Below are positions 47,893 through 56,753 of a stretch of 64,000 bases of DNA, one piece after another (position 1 is the stretch's first letter; each line of letters begins with the position of its first letter). The position numbers were made by a program, and so were the translations under genes. This stretch comes from Acidobacteriota bacterium (GTDB lineage: Bacteria > Acidobacteriota > Polarisedimenticolia > JAPUKU01). Below the pieces are notes generated by a model that saw nothing but the letters and a program-made list of their open reading frames with translations, searched no databases and was not told where the DNA came from. The DNA lies in contig JAPUKU010000045.1 in NCBI GenBank assembly GCA_027295505.1, forward strand, positions 20,586 to 84,585. The letters run 5' to 3'.

Positions 47893-48801
47893 GTGTCCGA
47901 CGGGTCTCCAGGAAGACAGCGGCCGGCCATCCGGGTCGGCACCGCCGGCTGGTCGTATGCGGACTGGGAAGGCATTGTCTATCCGCGCCCCGCCCCCGCC
48001 CATTTCGACCGGCTGGCCTTTGTGGCATCCTTCTTCGACACAGTGGAGATCAATACATTCTTTTATCGCCTTCCCGAACTCCACCAGGTAGAGTCCTGGG
48101 CCCGGAGGGTCGCCAACCGGCCCCGCTTCAGGTTCGCGGTAAAGGCCTGGAGCCCCCTCACGCACGGCCGCTCCGGGATTAACGTCGAGGATGCGGCCGA
48201 TCAGTTCGTCCGGAGACTCCAACCTCTGCGGGAGGCACACCTCCTGGGTGCGGTGTTGCTGCAGTTTCCCTACCGATTCCGCCCCATCGACAGTTCAATC
48301 CGACATCTGGAGAACCTTTCGAAGCTGCTGGCCGGCCTGCCTCTAGTGGCGGAGTTCCGTCGTGCGAGCTGGGATTCGGGCCAGCGCCTCGAAGCGCTCG
48401 CCGAGCTCGGCGTGGCATTCTGTAATATCGATCAACCACCGATTTCCGGAAACCTACCGCCGACAGCCCATGCCACCACACGCCTGGGGTACGTGCGCCT
48501 GCACGGGCGTAACCGCGATTCCTGGTTCAACGAGGAAGCAGGCCGCGACGCTCGCTATGACTATCTTTACGGGAAAGCGGAGCTCGAGGAGTGGGTTGCG
48601 CGGATCGAGGAACTGGGCGCGCGCGGAGCCGAGGAAATTTTCATCATCGCAAACAACCATTATTGCGGCAAGGCGGCCTGCAATGCGCTGGAGCTCCAGC
48701 GCATGCTCGTCGACAACAACTCCCGCGCGCCCGCGTCGCTGGCGGACGCCTATCCCCGCCTCGGTCCGTCCGGATCCTCGTTCCAGCGCCGCCTGTTCTG
48801 A
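47893..48801 (+). CDS. DUF72-family protein (YecE-like)
   Basis: [21 protein letters not shown].. N-terminal motif and the overall DUF72 pattern. I chose the GTG at 47893 as the start so it does not overlap divergent hslV. Confidence 0.75.
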   Translation: MSDGSPGRQRPAIRVGTAGWSYADWEGIVYPRPAPAHFDRLAFVASFFDTVEINTFFYRLPELHQVESWARRVANRPRFRFAVKAWSPLTHGRSGINVEDAADQFVRRLQPLREAHLLGAVLLQFPYRFRPIDSSIRHLENLSKLLAGLPLVAEFRRASWDSGQRLEALAELGVAFCNIDQPPISGNLPPTAHATTRLGYVRLHGRNRDSWFNEEAGRDARYDYLYGKAELEEWVARIEELGARGAEEIFIIANNHYCGKAACNALELQRMLVDNNSRAPASLADAYPRLGPSGSSFQRRLF

Positions 48802-48814
48802 GACTTTCCTTCTC

Positions 48815-49642
48815 TCATTCTTCGATCACGCTGGCCACGCCCACCGGCTGAGCCGCTTTCTTGTCCAGCTTGCGCAGCATCTGCTCCGCCGGAGGACGGA
48901 CTTCGTGGTCCGGATAGTTGGCGATGAGGAGCTTGAGGTAGGCCCGCGCCTCTTCGAAGCGCTCCAGGGCCCTCAGCGCCTCTGCGAGGAGGAGGTAAAC
49001 GGTGGGTTTATCGTCAATGCGGGGGAAACGGTCGAGGATCACACGATAGCGATCGATCGCGGCCATGTACGCCTTGCGAGAAGCATAGAAACGCCCGACA
49101 ACTAACTCGTGGTCGGCCAGGAGCTGCCGCGCTTCCTGCATGCGCGTCTCGGCATCCGCCACATGCGGACTCGCCGGATAGAGAGCCCCCACCTTGCGGA
49201 ACTCCTCCATGGCCTTGCGCGTCTGTCTCTGATCCTTGTCGGAGGAGTAGACCTGCTCGAAGTGACACATGCCGACCTGGTATTGCACGTAGTCCGCCCG
49301 GGGATGCAACGGATTGAAAGCCAGGAAATTGGTGTAGCGCGCCAGCGCCTCAGCGAGGTTGAGCGTTCCGCCGTCCTGATAGTAGGCGTCGGCCAGGGCA
49401 ATCTGCGCCCGGCTGTTGAGTTCCTTGTCAGCAATGCCAAGCTGCAGGATTTCCTGCAGCTTCATACGGGCCTTGTAGTATTTTTTTGTTGCCACGAGCT
49501 CGTCCGCCCAGGCCAGCTCACCTCTGGGATCCGGCATCGGCTTCTTGTCGGCTGAAGCGCATCCGGAAACCAGAAGGAAGATCGGAGCCACGACCACAAA
49601 CAGCGCTGCTGCTGTGCGCGCCCCACGCCCGCGGCAAAGCAT
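48815..49642 (-). CDS. bamD: outer membrane protein assembly factor BamD (TPR lipoprotein)
   Basis: Lipobox LLVSGC and TPR-like repeats (ADAYYQDGGTLNLAEALARYTNFLAFNP; GRFYASRKAYMAAIDRYRVIL). Confidence 0.8.
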   Translation of the reverse strand: MLCRGRGARTAAALFVVVAPIFLLVSGCASADKKPMPDPRGELAWADELVATKKYYKARMKLQEILQLGIADKELNSRAQIALADAYYQDGGTLNLAEALARYTNFLAFNPLHPRADYVQYQVGMCHFEQVYSSDKDQRQTRKAMEEFRKVGALYPASPHVADAETRMQEARQLLADHELVVGRFYASRKAYMAAIDRYRVILDRFPRIDDKPTVYLLLAEALRALERFEEARAYLKLLIANYPDHEVRPPAEQMLRKLDKKAAQPVGVASVIEE

Positions 49643-49696
49643 CTGTTCGCGCGCGTCCTTCCTACACGGGGAAAGGCGGATTCGTAGCACCAGGAC

Positions 49697-50365
49697 TTAT
49701 CGGACTCTCTGTGATGTGGCTCTGGACAGCAGACGGCGTAGATCGCGGGTGGCCGCAGCGGGGCGGCCACCGTGGAAGATGGCGGAACCGACTACAAGGA
49801 CATTGGCTCCCAGGGCCGCAAGCGATACGGCGTTCGCACGGTCGACTCCGCCATCCACCTCGATGTCGAAGTGCCAGCCTCGCCGGTGGCGTAGCTGATC
49901 GAGGGCACAGATCTTGTCGCGCACCGCTTCGATAAAGCGCTGCCCACCAAAGCCGGGGTTGACCGACATGAGGAGAACCAGATCAACATCTCCTGCCAGC
50001 AAATCGACGCTGTTCAGAGGAGTGCCGGGGTTGACAGCCACTCCGGCCCGCAGGCCCAGAGCGCGAATCTGCTGCAGCGTGCGGTGAATGTGGGGGTCCG
50101 CCTCCACGTGCACTGAGATCCAATCGGCGCCAGCTCGCGCGAAAGCCTCCACGTAGCGCGACGGTTCCTCAATCATGAGATGAACATCGAGCGGCAGGCG
50201 GGTCGCACGCCGCAGCGCCTCGACTACCGGAATGCCGATCGACAGGTTCGGCACAAAACGTCCGTCCATGACATCGATATGGAGCACATCCGCCCCTCCA
50301 TCCTCGACCTCACGGACCTGGGCCCCCAGAAATGCGAAGTCGGCCGACAGGATGGACGGCGCCAC
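49697..50365 (-). CDS. rpe: ribulose-phosphate 3-epimerase
   Basis: VAPSILSADFAFLG.., HIDVMDGRFVPNLS, LMSVNPGFGGQRF, VDGGV; the GTG at 50365 reproduces the usual Rpe N-terminus. The upstream 80-aa extension in the ORF track was rejected. Confidence 0.85.
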   Translation of the reverse strand: MAPSILSADFAFLGAQVREVEDGGADVLHIDVMDGRFVPNLSIGIPVVEALRRATRLPLDVHLMIEEPSRYVEAFARAGADWISVHVEADPHIHRTLQQIRALGLRAGVAVNPGTPLNSVDLLAGDVDLVLLMSVNPGFGGQRFIEAVRDKICALDQLRHRRGWHFDIEVDGGVDRANAVSLAALGANVLVVGSAIFHGGRPAAATRDLRRLLSRATSQRVR

Positions 50366-50438
50366 CCTGACAGAGGGTGAGGTCGTGCTGATCCCCCGGA
50401 ACCGGGCGGGTACCCGCTTCGTTCTCTTGGTTGCCCGC

Positions 50439-51209
50439 TTAGCTTTCGTGGGTGAAGAGCGTGATGACATCTCGCTTGGTAACCGGATAGCCCGCCAGTG
50501 GATGTTGCCGCGCGACCGCACCGTCAGAGCTTTCGTAACCGGGTTCAGCCACCACGTTGGCGGCACGGAATCCCGAGCGCTTGAGGAGCTGCCGTGCACG
50601 CTCCGCATCCATTCCCACCAGATCAGGCATCACGAACGACTCCTCGTTAGGCCCCTGGCTGACGAGAAGGTTTACGCGATCGTCGCGCACCCGATCCGCC
50701 TCCGGAAGCGGCTCCTGGGAGATTACCTGACTCTCCCGCACCTCTGGTGAATGGATGTAAGACAGGTTTCCCAATCGGAGCCCCTGCTGCCTCAGCGTGA
50801 TCTGCGCCTTGCGTACAGCGCTGCCGCGGAGGTCCGGAATGGTGATCACCTTAGAGCCCAGGCTGGTGATCACCTTGACCTTGCGGTCCCGCTTGGTTTC
50901 GGCCCCGGCGGGCGGGTCCTGGGCCAGAATCTTACCTGCTTCCACCCGTAGATCGTAACGTTCACGGCTAACCTCGAGCGTCAGGCGGCGCTCCGCCAGG
51001 ACGAGCGCAGCTTCGGCCGGATCGAGATCAATGACATCCGGCACCGTCACCTCACGCCCAACGAGGGCATGCCGCATCGAGTAGATGGCGCTGCCTGCGA
51101 ACAGCAGACCCAGGACCGCCAGCAGTGTCCCGAACCGCAGGACACCATTCAGGACAGCGCGCACCACAGGTCTTGACCACCAGGAAGTTCCATTCGAGGT
51201 CATGATCAT
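50439..51209 (-). CDS. PASTA-domain-containing membrane protein
   Basis: N-terminal TM segment followed by three PASTA repeats of about 65 aa (VPDVIDLDPAEA.., IPDLRGSAVRKAQITLRQQGL.., MPDLVGMDAERARQLLKRSGF..). Confidence 0.7.
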   Translation of the reverse strand: MIMTSNGTSWWSRPVVRAVLNGVLRFGTLLAVLGLLFAGSAIYSMRHALVGREVTVPDVIDLDPAEAALVLAERRLTLEVSRERYDLRVEAGKILAQDPPAGAETKRDRKVKVITSLGSKVITIPDLRGSAVRKAQITLRQQGLRLGNLSYIHSPEVRESQVISQEPLPEADRVRDDRVNLLVSQGPNEESFVMPDLVGMDAERARQLLKRSGFRAANVVAEPGYESSDGAVARQHPLAGYPVTKRDVITLFTHES

Positions 51210-51282
51210 CTGTTCCGTCGCGGCTCCACGCCGGGTGCGAAGCGCATTGTACTGGCCGACCGCAGACCGGGCAAGGCGGCGA

Positions 51283-52635
51283 TCAGGTGTGCCGCATCAG
51301 TCGGCAGGCATAGAACCCATCGATCCGATCCCTCCAGGGCAGCGTGACAAGATCACCGCACCGGTCCAGCAACGCGTCCGCACTGCGCGGGAAGCAACTT
51401 CCCGCAGCGGCGCGCTTGAACTCCGGATGCCGGCGCAGAAACTCATCGACCCGGTGAGCCCCCTCCTCCTGTTCCAGACTGCACACTGCATAGACCAGCT
51501 GGCCCCGCGGCGCGGTCATGCCCGCGGCTACCTCCAGAAGTCGTTCCTGAAGCCGGGCCAGGCGGTGCACATCACACAGCTGAAGGCGCAGCTTGATCTC
51601 TGGCCGGCGGCGCAGAACACCGGTGCCGGTGCAGGGCGCGTCCAGGAGTACTGTGGAGAACCGGGCGCGCAACGACTGGCCCGTCTCCCAGTCAGCGCCG
51701 AGCAGCAGAGGCAGCGGCAGTCGCAGGCGTCTGAAACGCGAGCGCAGATCTTGCAGCGCGGCGCGGTTCCGATCCGAGGCTACCAGCAGCGATACCTGTG
51801 TCGACCAGCCGGCAAGCTGTGCCGTCTTGCCCCCGGTGCCGGCACACAGATCGAGAACCGCTCCGCGGAGAGGGCGCTCGAAGAGCCAGCACACGAGCTG
51901 TGAGGCCTCATCCTGGATTGTGAACGCGCCGTCCTCATGGAGCGGCGAAAATGCCAGGCTGCCCCCGCGGGCACGCAGGGCCCCGGGGACGAAGTGTGCC
52001 GGCTCGGGATCCACCCCCGATCGACGCAGGGCCGCGACCAGATCGCCTCGGTCCGGTGTCGGCCACAGAGACACTTCAGGAACCTGCTGGTTGAATGCGA
52101 GCAACGCCTCCACCTCCGGTGCACCCCAGCGTTCCCTCCAACGACGCACGAGCCAGACCGGATGGGCGTAGCGAAACGCCAGGCGCTCGGCTTCGTCCGT
52201 GCTTTTCGGCTCGAGCAATGCCTGTCCGATCCGGCCGGCGCGGCGCAGCACGGCGTTGACGAAAGAGGCTGCCGGCGCCCCTCCCAGCGCGCGCGCCTGA
52301 TCGACAGCGCGGTTCACGGCGGCGTGCGCCGGAACGCGCGTGAGCAGCAGCATCTGATAGAGGGCGAGGTGGAGCACATCGGCAATCTCAGGAGCGGGGG
52401 GCTTCCGGCGGCACAAACGGAGTACGGCCGCCTCCAGGGCCAGCTTCCAGCGCAGCGTCCCGTAAACGATCTCCGTGACCAGCCGGAGCTCGCGCCCGGC
52501 GATTCCCTGGCGCCGAACCGCGGCCAGTAGCGGGGAGGCGCGCCGACGCTCCTCGCGCACGCGCCTGAGGATACGAAGGGCCACCGCCCGGGCATCAGGC
52601 CCCGAGACGATCGTCTTTTCGAAGGGTTCGGCCAT
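51283..52635 (-). CDS. rsmB: 16S rRNA (cytosine967-C5)-methyltransferase RsmB
   Basis: NusB-like N-terminal domain and MTase motifs (DLCAGTGGKT, LLDAPCTGTGV, the catalytic Cys in YAVCS). The start is uncertain and may overlap the fmt 3' end. Confidence 0.8.
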   Translation of the reverse strand: MAEPFEKTIVSGPDARAVALRILRRVREERRRASPLLAAVRRQGIAGRELRLVTEIVYGTLRWKLALEAAVLRLCRRKPPAPEIADVLHLALYQMLLLTRVPAHAAVNRAVDQARALGGAPAASFVNAVLRRAGRIGQALLEPKSTDEAERLAFRYAHPVWLVRRWRERWGAPEVEALLAFNQQVPEVSLWPTPDRGDLVAALRRSGVDPEPAHFVPGALRARGGSLAFSPLHEDGAFTIQDEASQLVCWLFERPLRGAVLDLCAGTGGKTAQLAGWSTQVSLLVASDRNRAALQDLRSRFRRLRLPLPLLLGADWETGQSLRARFSTVLLDAPCTGTGVLRRRPEIKLRLQLCDVHRLARLQERLLEVAAGMTAPRGQLVYAVCSLEQEEGAHRVDEFLRRHPEFKRAAAGSCFPRSADALLDRCGDLVTLPWRDRIDGFYACRLMRHT

Positions 52636-53545
52636 TGATGGCGTCGCGCGCGGTGGATCTCCGGCCCCCCGCCGGCTGGATCTCCAGCAGATCGAGGGCC
52701 GCCCGTCCGCAGGCAACCCGCAGCGTGTCCCCCGAGACGACCGTCACAGTTCCCGGCCTGGGGGGGCTCTCGCCGTCGGGAACCACGTCGGCGGACACGG
52801 GTCGGCTGCCCCAGATCTTCAGGCGCTGTCCGCGGAACTCGGTCCAGGCCACGGGGCGCGGATTGTAGGCACGCACACGGCGATCGAGATCGTCCGCCGC
52901 CAGCGACCAGTCGAGGCGCGCTTCATCCACGCTCAAGCGCGGAGCGCGCGTCACTCCTTCCGATGGCTGCGGGCGTGGCTGGAGCGAGCCTTCCTGCAGG
53001 CCAAGCAGGGTCTTTTCCAGAAGCGCCCCGCCGAGATCGGCCAGGCGGATCTCCAGTTCCCCCGCCGTCTCACGGGCGCCGATTTTCACCTCCTCCTGGA
53101 GAAGGATGTCACCTGTGTCGATCCCGGCATCCATGCGCATCGTGGTAAGACCTGTTTGGGGATCGCCCGCCAGGATCGCCCTGGCAATGGGAGAGGCTCC
53201 CCTCCACCTCGGCAGCAATGAAGCATGCAGGTTGACCGGGGCGAGGCGGCCCACCTGCAGGACTTCCGGCGTCAGGATCTGCCCGTACGCGGCCACCACA
53301 AGGAAGTCCGGATCCAGATCTCGCAGCTGCGCCAGAGCTTCAGGAGCGCCGATAGACTCGGGGTGGCTCACAGAGAGACCGAGTGATCTGGCCATGACCT
53401 TGAGCGGCGTCGGTGCCGGGCGCCTTCCCCGTCCCGCCGGGCGATCGGGTTGCGTGATGACGGCGGCTGGAGCCAGCCCCCGCCTGCAGAGATGCTCCAG
53501 TGAAGGCACCGCGAATTGGCCGCTTCCCAGGAAAACCAGCCGCAT
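52595..53545 (-). CDS. fmt: methionyl-tRNA formyltransferase
   Basis: MRLVFLGSGQFAVPSL.., HASLLPRWRGASPI (the SLLP motif); follows the conserved def-fmt order. Confidence 0.9.
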   Translation of the reverse strand: MRLVFLGSGQFAVPSLEHLCRRGLAPAAVITQPDRPAGRGRRPAPTPLKVMARSLGLSVSHPESIGAPEALAQLRDLDPDFLVVAAYGQILTPEVLQVGRLAPVNLHASLLPRWRGASPIARAILAGDPQTGLTTMRMDAGIDTGDILLQEEVKIGARETAGELEIRLADLGGALLEKTLLGLQEGSLQPRPQPSEGVTRAPRLSVDEARLDWSLAADDLDRRVRAYNPRPVAWTEFRGQRLKIWGSRPVSADVVPDGESPPRPGTVTVVSGDTLRVACGRAALDLLEIQPAGGRRSTARDAINGRTLRKDDRLGA

Positions 53546-53546
53546 C

Positions 53547-54068
53547 TCAGATCCGGGCCCACTCACCCTGCTCGATGGCCCGGTCGATTCGCTTCTTGAG
53601 GCGCTCACGCTTGAGGCTGCTGAGACGGTGCAGGTAGAGACGCCCGTCCAGGTGGTCCAGCTCATGGCAGATGGCGCGCGCCATCAGCCCCTCGCTGACA
53701 ATTTCGTGGCGCTTTCCGTCGAGATCCGTGGCCTCCACGCGCACCCATGACGGGCGCGCCACCGGGGCAGTAAACCCCGGCACGCTCAGGCAGCCTTCCT
53801 CCTCGACCTGCCGACCGCGCTCTTCGAGTATCCTCGGATTGATCAGCACGCGCAGCTGATCCGGCGCTTCCCCGACCGAGAGATCTATCACAGTCAGGCG
53901 CAGGCCGACACCAACCTGGTTGGCTGCAAGGCCAACACCGGGCGCCGCATACGCGGTCTCGATCATGTCCGCAACCAGTGTGCGGATCGAGTCGTCAATC
54001 TCGTCCACGGGCTCCGTCGGGCGCAAAAGGATCGGATCGGGATAGTAGACTATCTTGCGGATGGGCAC
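53547..54068 (-). CDS. def: peptide deformylase
   Basis: All three PDF motifs are present: GVGLAANQVG, EGCLSVPG, HELDHLDG. Confidence 0.95.
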   Translation of the reverse strand: MPIRKIVYYPDPILLRPTEPVDEIDDSIRTLVADMIETAYAAPGVGLAANQVGVGLRLTVIDLSVGEAPDQLRVLINPRILEERGRQVEEEGCLSVPGFTAPVARPSWVRVEATDLDGKRHEIVSEGLMARAICHELDHLDGRLYLHRLSSLKRERLKKRIDRAIEQGEWARI

Positions 54069-54289
54069 GGAACCTGGCGTCCTCGCCGGAGGCCGGTGGC
54101 GAGGGTACTGTTATCCTATATAGCCACAAGGACTTAAGTCAATCTCTGGCCGCCTGTCCTCGCGGGGGGGCATCAGCGGACCGAAAACGTCCCGAATCGG
54201 GGGCATCACCGGGGGATTGCCGGGATCCGGGGATTGCCGTAAAGTGAGCCGTATCAACAAAATCGTCGTTTCAACTCAGAGTGGCCTCC

Positions 54290-54305
54290 TGGCACGATGT
54301 CTGCT
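54290..54305 (+). promoter_or_regulatory. candidate sigma54 (-24/-12) promoter upstream of the FecR-like gene
   Basis: TGGCACG-atgt-CTGCT compared with the consensus TGGCACG-N4-TTGCW. The predicted transcription start site falls at about 54315, essentially at the ATG/GTG start cluster. Confidence 0.35.
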
Positions 54306-54318
54306 TAACTAGCATGTG

Positions 54319-56244
54319 ATGATCAACGCATGTACCAGCCTCCCGCGGGCCGCAATTCACCGTCACCCGCTCCTGACGGTGGCGGCGGGGGTGTTCCTCT
54401 CCTTCACGGCAGTTTCCTCCCAGGATAGCGAAGCGCCGGATGACGGTTCGCGTTTCGCCCACGTGCGCTTCGTCAGCGGCGAGGCGGATCTGGTGCGGGC
54501 GTTTGACGGTGACATGGTTCCCCTGGTTCTCAACCTGCCGATCATTGCGGGAGACCGGCTCGAAGCCGGCGCCCGGGCGCGCCTGGAGTTGGGACTGGCT
54601 GATGGGTCTCTCCTGCGCGCTCAGGGACCGCTGGTGCTCGACGTGCACGCCCTGTCGGCGACCGGCGAAGGATCCGAGTCACTCACGCTTCTTGAACTGC
54701 ATCGAGGCGATCTGTCGCTCGAGATCACCGGCATGGATCAGAGCCCCGATAAGGCGTTCCAGGTGGACACACCGTCGGGAACCTGTTACTTGATGACGGA
54801 CGGGCTGTACCGCGTGAGCGTTGAGCAGAGCGGCAGTGCCATGGTCACGGTGCGCGCCGGAGTGGCCGAAGTCTCGGGAGACGGTGGCACGTCGCTGGTG
54901 CGCAGCGGGCAGACCTCGCTCCTGGCGAGCGGGCGAGCCCCGGAGCGGCCGGCATCACATGGGCTGCGCACTGATGATTTCGATCGCTGGATTGACGAGA
55001 GGAATACAGAGGCTCTGGCGTCGCTTCCCCCCGAGGCCGAGGATCTCCCTGACCCGGTTCGGCCGTACGCGGAAGACCTGACCCGGTACGGTACATGGCA
55101 GACGGTCCCCGAATACGGCATGGTCTGGTTCCCCGCGGACGTACCGGTGGGCTGGTATCCCTACTACGACGGCACCTGGGTCACTTCACCCTCCGGCCAC
55201 CTGTGGGTTTCCTACGAGCCGTGGGGCTGGATCCCATACCATTACGGACGCTGGGAGTACGTGGCAGGTGGCGGCTGGTTCTGGATCCCGGGACCCGTCT
55301 TCGCCGGAGCCTGGGTGCACTGGTGGGTGGGTCCATCCTACGTCTCCTGGGTGCCTCTCGGCTACAACAACGGGCCGGTCATCGACCTGAGCTTAAGCCT
55401 ATCTTTTCATCGCGCGCCATTCAGAGGCTGGGCCTGCGTCCCCTACCACGAATTCCACTCGTCCGATCTGCCGCACAAGTACGTGCGCGACGCGCGCGTC
55501 ATGAAGGCGCACCTCAACAAATCCGTTCGGGTACGACGCCTGCCTGATTTTCATCCCAGGCACCTGCGCACCGGCTCCGATTTCGGGAACGAGATCGTGC
55601 AACGGGCCCGCGGTTCGAGAGATGATCTGCCGCGCCGCAGGTTCCACTCCGCAGGAGTCCGCGCTCGCCCCGCCTCCGGGACCGATCGGGGCTCCCATCT
55701 CTCATCCACCCGGCAGAGCAACCGGCGCAGGTCGATCCGCATGACGACCATGATCCAGGTCCAATCCAACCGGCGCACGTCACGGCGCGGGGACGGGACG
55801 ACCGGCACGCCCCGTCAGAGGACTCCCGTGAGGGAGAGAGGAAGATCCGTGGAATCGCGGGGAACCAGCCCTGCCCCGGCTCCACAGACTTCCAGACAGG
55901 CCCGCCGGCAGGGGCGCAGGAGCTCGGAGCGCGGCGTGGCCGACCTGCTGCGCAGGGTAACCCGGACGCCGGCACCGCGGCGTGCTACTTCGCGTGGAGG
56001 CCAGGTTCCTCGCCGGCCCCAGCCCCGCAGCGTCAGGAGCGGTTCACCGTCGTCCAGAAATGGCGCTCAAGCTCCTCAGGTGAGAAACTCCTCGAAGTCC
56101 CACAGCCGGAAACAGGGCACTTCCGCAAAATCGGTGCGTTCGCGATCCGGCAAGAAGGTTTCCACTGGCTCCCGGCCCAAGGCCCGGAAATCCTCCTCCG
56201 GCAAGGCCAAGCGATCGAACAAGCCCAAGCCACGTCCCCGGTGA
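54319..56244 (+). CDS. FecR-domain protein with a W/Y/G-rich repeat region and a long Arg/Ser/Lys-rich disordered C-terminal tail
   Basis: Signal or anchor peptide, then a FecR-like domain (..NLPIIAGDRLEAGARARLELGLADGSLLRA..FQVDTPSGTCYLMTDGLYRVSV..). A region follows with the repeated motif W-x-P-Y-x-x-G-x-W (YGTWQTVPEYGMVWF, GWYPYYDGTWV, WGWIPYHYGRWEY, GGGWFWIPGP). The last roughly 230 aa are basic and low-complexity. Confidence 0.6.
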   Translation: MINACTSLPRAAIHRHPLLTVAAGVFLSFTAVSSQDSEAPDDGSRFAHVRFVSGEADLVRAFDGDMVPLVLNLPIIAGDRLEAGARARLELGLADGSLLRAQGPLVLDVHALSATGEGSESLTLLELHRGDLSLEITGMDQSPDKAFQVDTPSGTCYLMTDGLYRVSVEQSGSAMVTVRAGVAEVSGDGGTSLVRSGQTSLLASGRAPERPASHGLRTDDFDRWIDERNTEALASLPPEAEDLPDPVRPYAEDLTRYGTWQTVPEYGMVWFPADVPVGWYPYYDGTWVTSPSGHLWVSYEPWGWIPYHYGRWEYVAGGGWFWIPGPVFAGAWVHWWVGPSYVSWVPLGYNNGPVIDLSLSLSFHRAPFRGWACVPYHEFHSSDLPHKYVRDARVMKAHLNKSVRVRRLPDFHPRHLRTGSDFGNEIVQRARGSRDDLPRRRFHSAGVRARPASGTDRGSHLSSTRQSNRRRSIRMTTMIQVQSNRRTSRRGDGTTGTPRQRTPVRERGRSVESRGTSPAPAPQTSRQARRQGRRSSERGVADLLRRVTRTPAPRRATSRGGQVPRRPQPRSVRSGSPSSRNGAQAPQVRNSSKSHSRKQGTSAKSVRSRSGKKVSTGSRPKARKSSSGKAKRSNKPKPRPR

Positions 56245-56705
56245 AAGTGGTGAGGGCTGGAACCCCTGTTGCAGTTGTCACCGCGATCCTGACCCTCAGC
56301 GCCCTGCAGCCCGTCTTCGGGAACGCAACTGCGCCGGAAGGCGGCGGGCCATCCACCGAAAAGCCGAAACTGGTCCTGAAAGCCGAGCCGCGAATCGGCT
56401 TCAGCCCCCTGCGGCTGACCCTGCGCGCCGTGCTCAGCGGCGTGTCAAGCGATGACCTTAACTTCTGCCACGTGGATCAGCTCTGGCTCGGCAAGCGCTC
56501 TGACAGCCCCGGGGCGCGAGAGCGCGCCTCCGCACACCGGCCGCGCTGCCACCATCCGGACGACAAGAAGCAGGTCGAGATGGTCTTCTTCAAGGACCTG
56601 AACCTCTACTCCCCGGGGGCTTACATCTATCGATTGAAGTTGGAGCCCAAGCAGGGTCCACCCCTCATCTCGAATCCAGTGACGTTGCGGGTTCTGAGGC
56701 GCTAG
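56241..56705 (+). CDS. small secreted two-cysteine protein (paralogue 1), translationally coupled to the FecR-like gene
   Basis: GTG start in a GTGA overlap with the upstream stop; signal peptide; 154 aa. Paralogous to the 57840/57876 ORF, sharing the pattern L..L.GV..DD..FCH......GK....H.PRC.H..KK.......KD....PG.Y..RL........I.SN. Confidence 0.5.
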   Translation: MKVVRAGTPVAVVTAILTLSALQPVFGNATAPEGGGPSTEKPKLVLKAEPRIGFSPLRLTLRAVLSGVSSDDLNFCHVDQLWLGKRSDSPGARERASAHRPRCHHPDDKKQVEMVFFKDLNLYSPGAYIYRLKLEPKQGPPLISNPVTLRVLRR

Positions 56706-56753
56706 GGGGAGAGCGGCGCGGCGCACTGAGGCTGCGGCGAGAGGCGCCGCCGT

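Noticed and set aside
47863-48240. 126-aa N-terminal extension of the hslV ORF (318-aa track entry)
   Set aside because: Would overlap the divergent DUF72 gene almost entirely. The sequence is Pro/Gly-rich and non-HslV-like. HslV must begin at or near the catalytic Thr.
50366-50608. 80-aa Lys/Arg/Ser-rich N-terminal extension on rpe in the ORF track
   Set aside because: The GTG at 50365 reproduces the canonical Rpe N-terminus (M-APSILSADF). The extension has no similarity and is probably an open-frame artefact.
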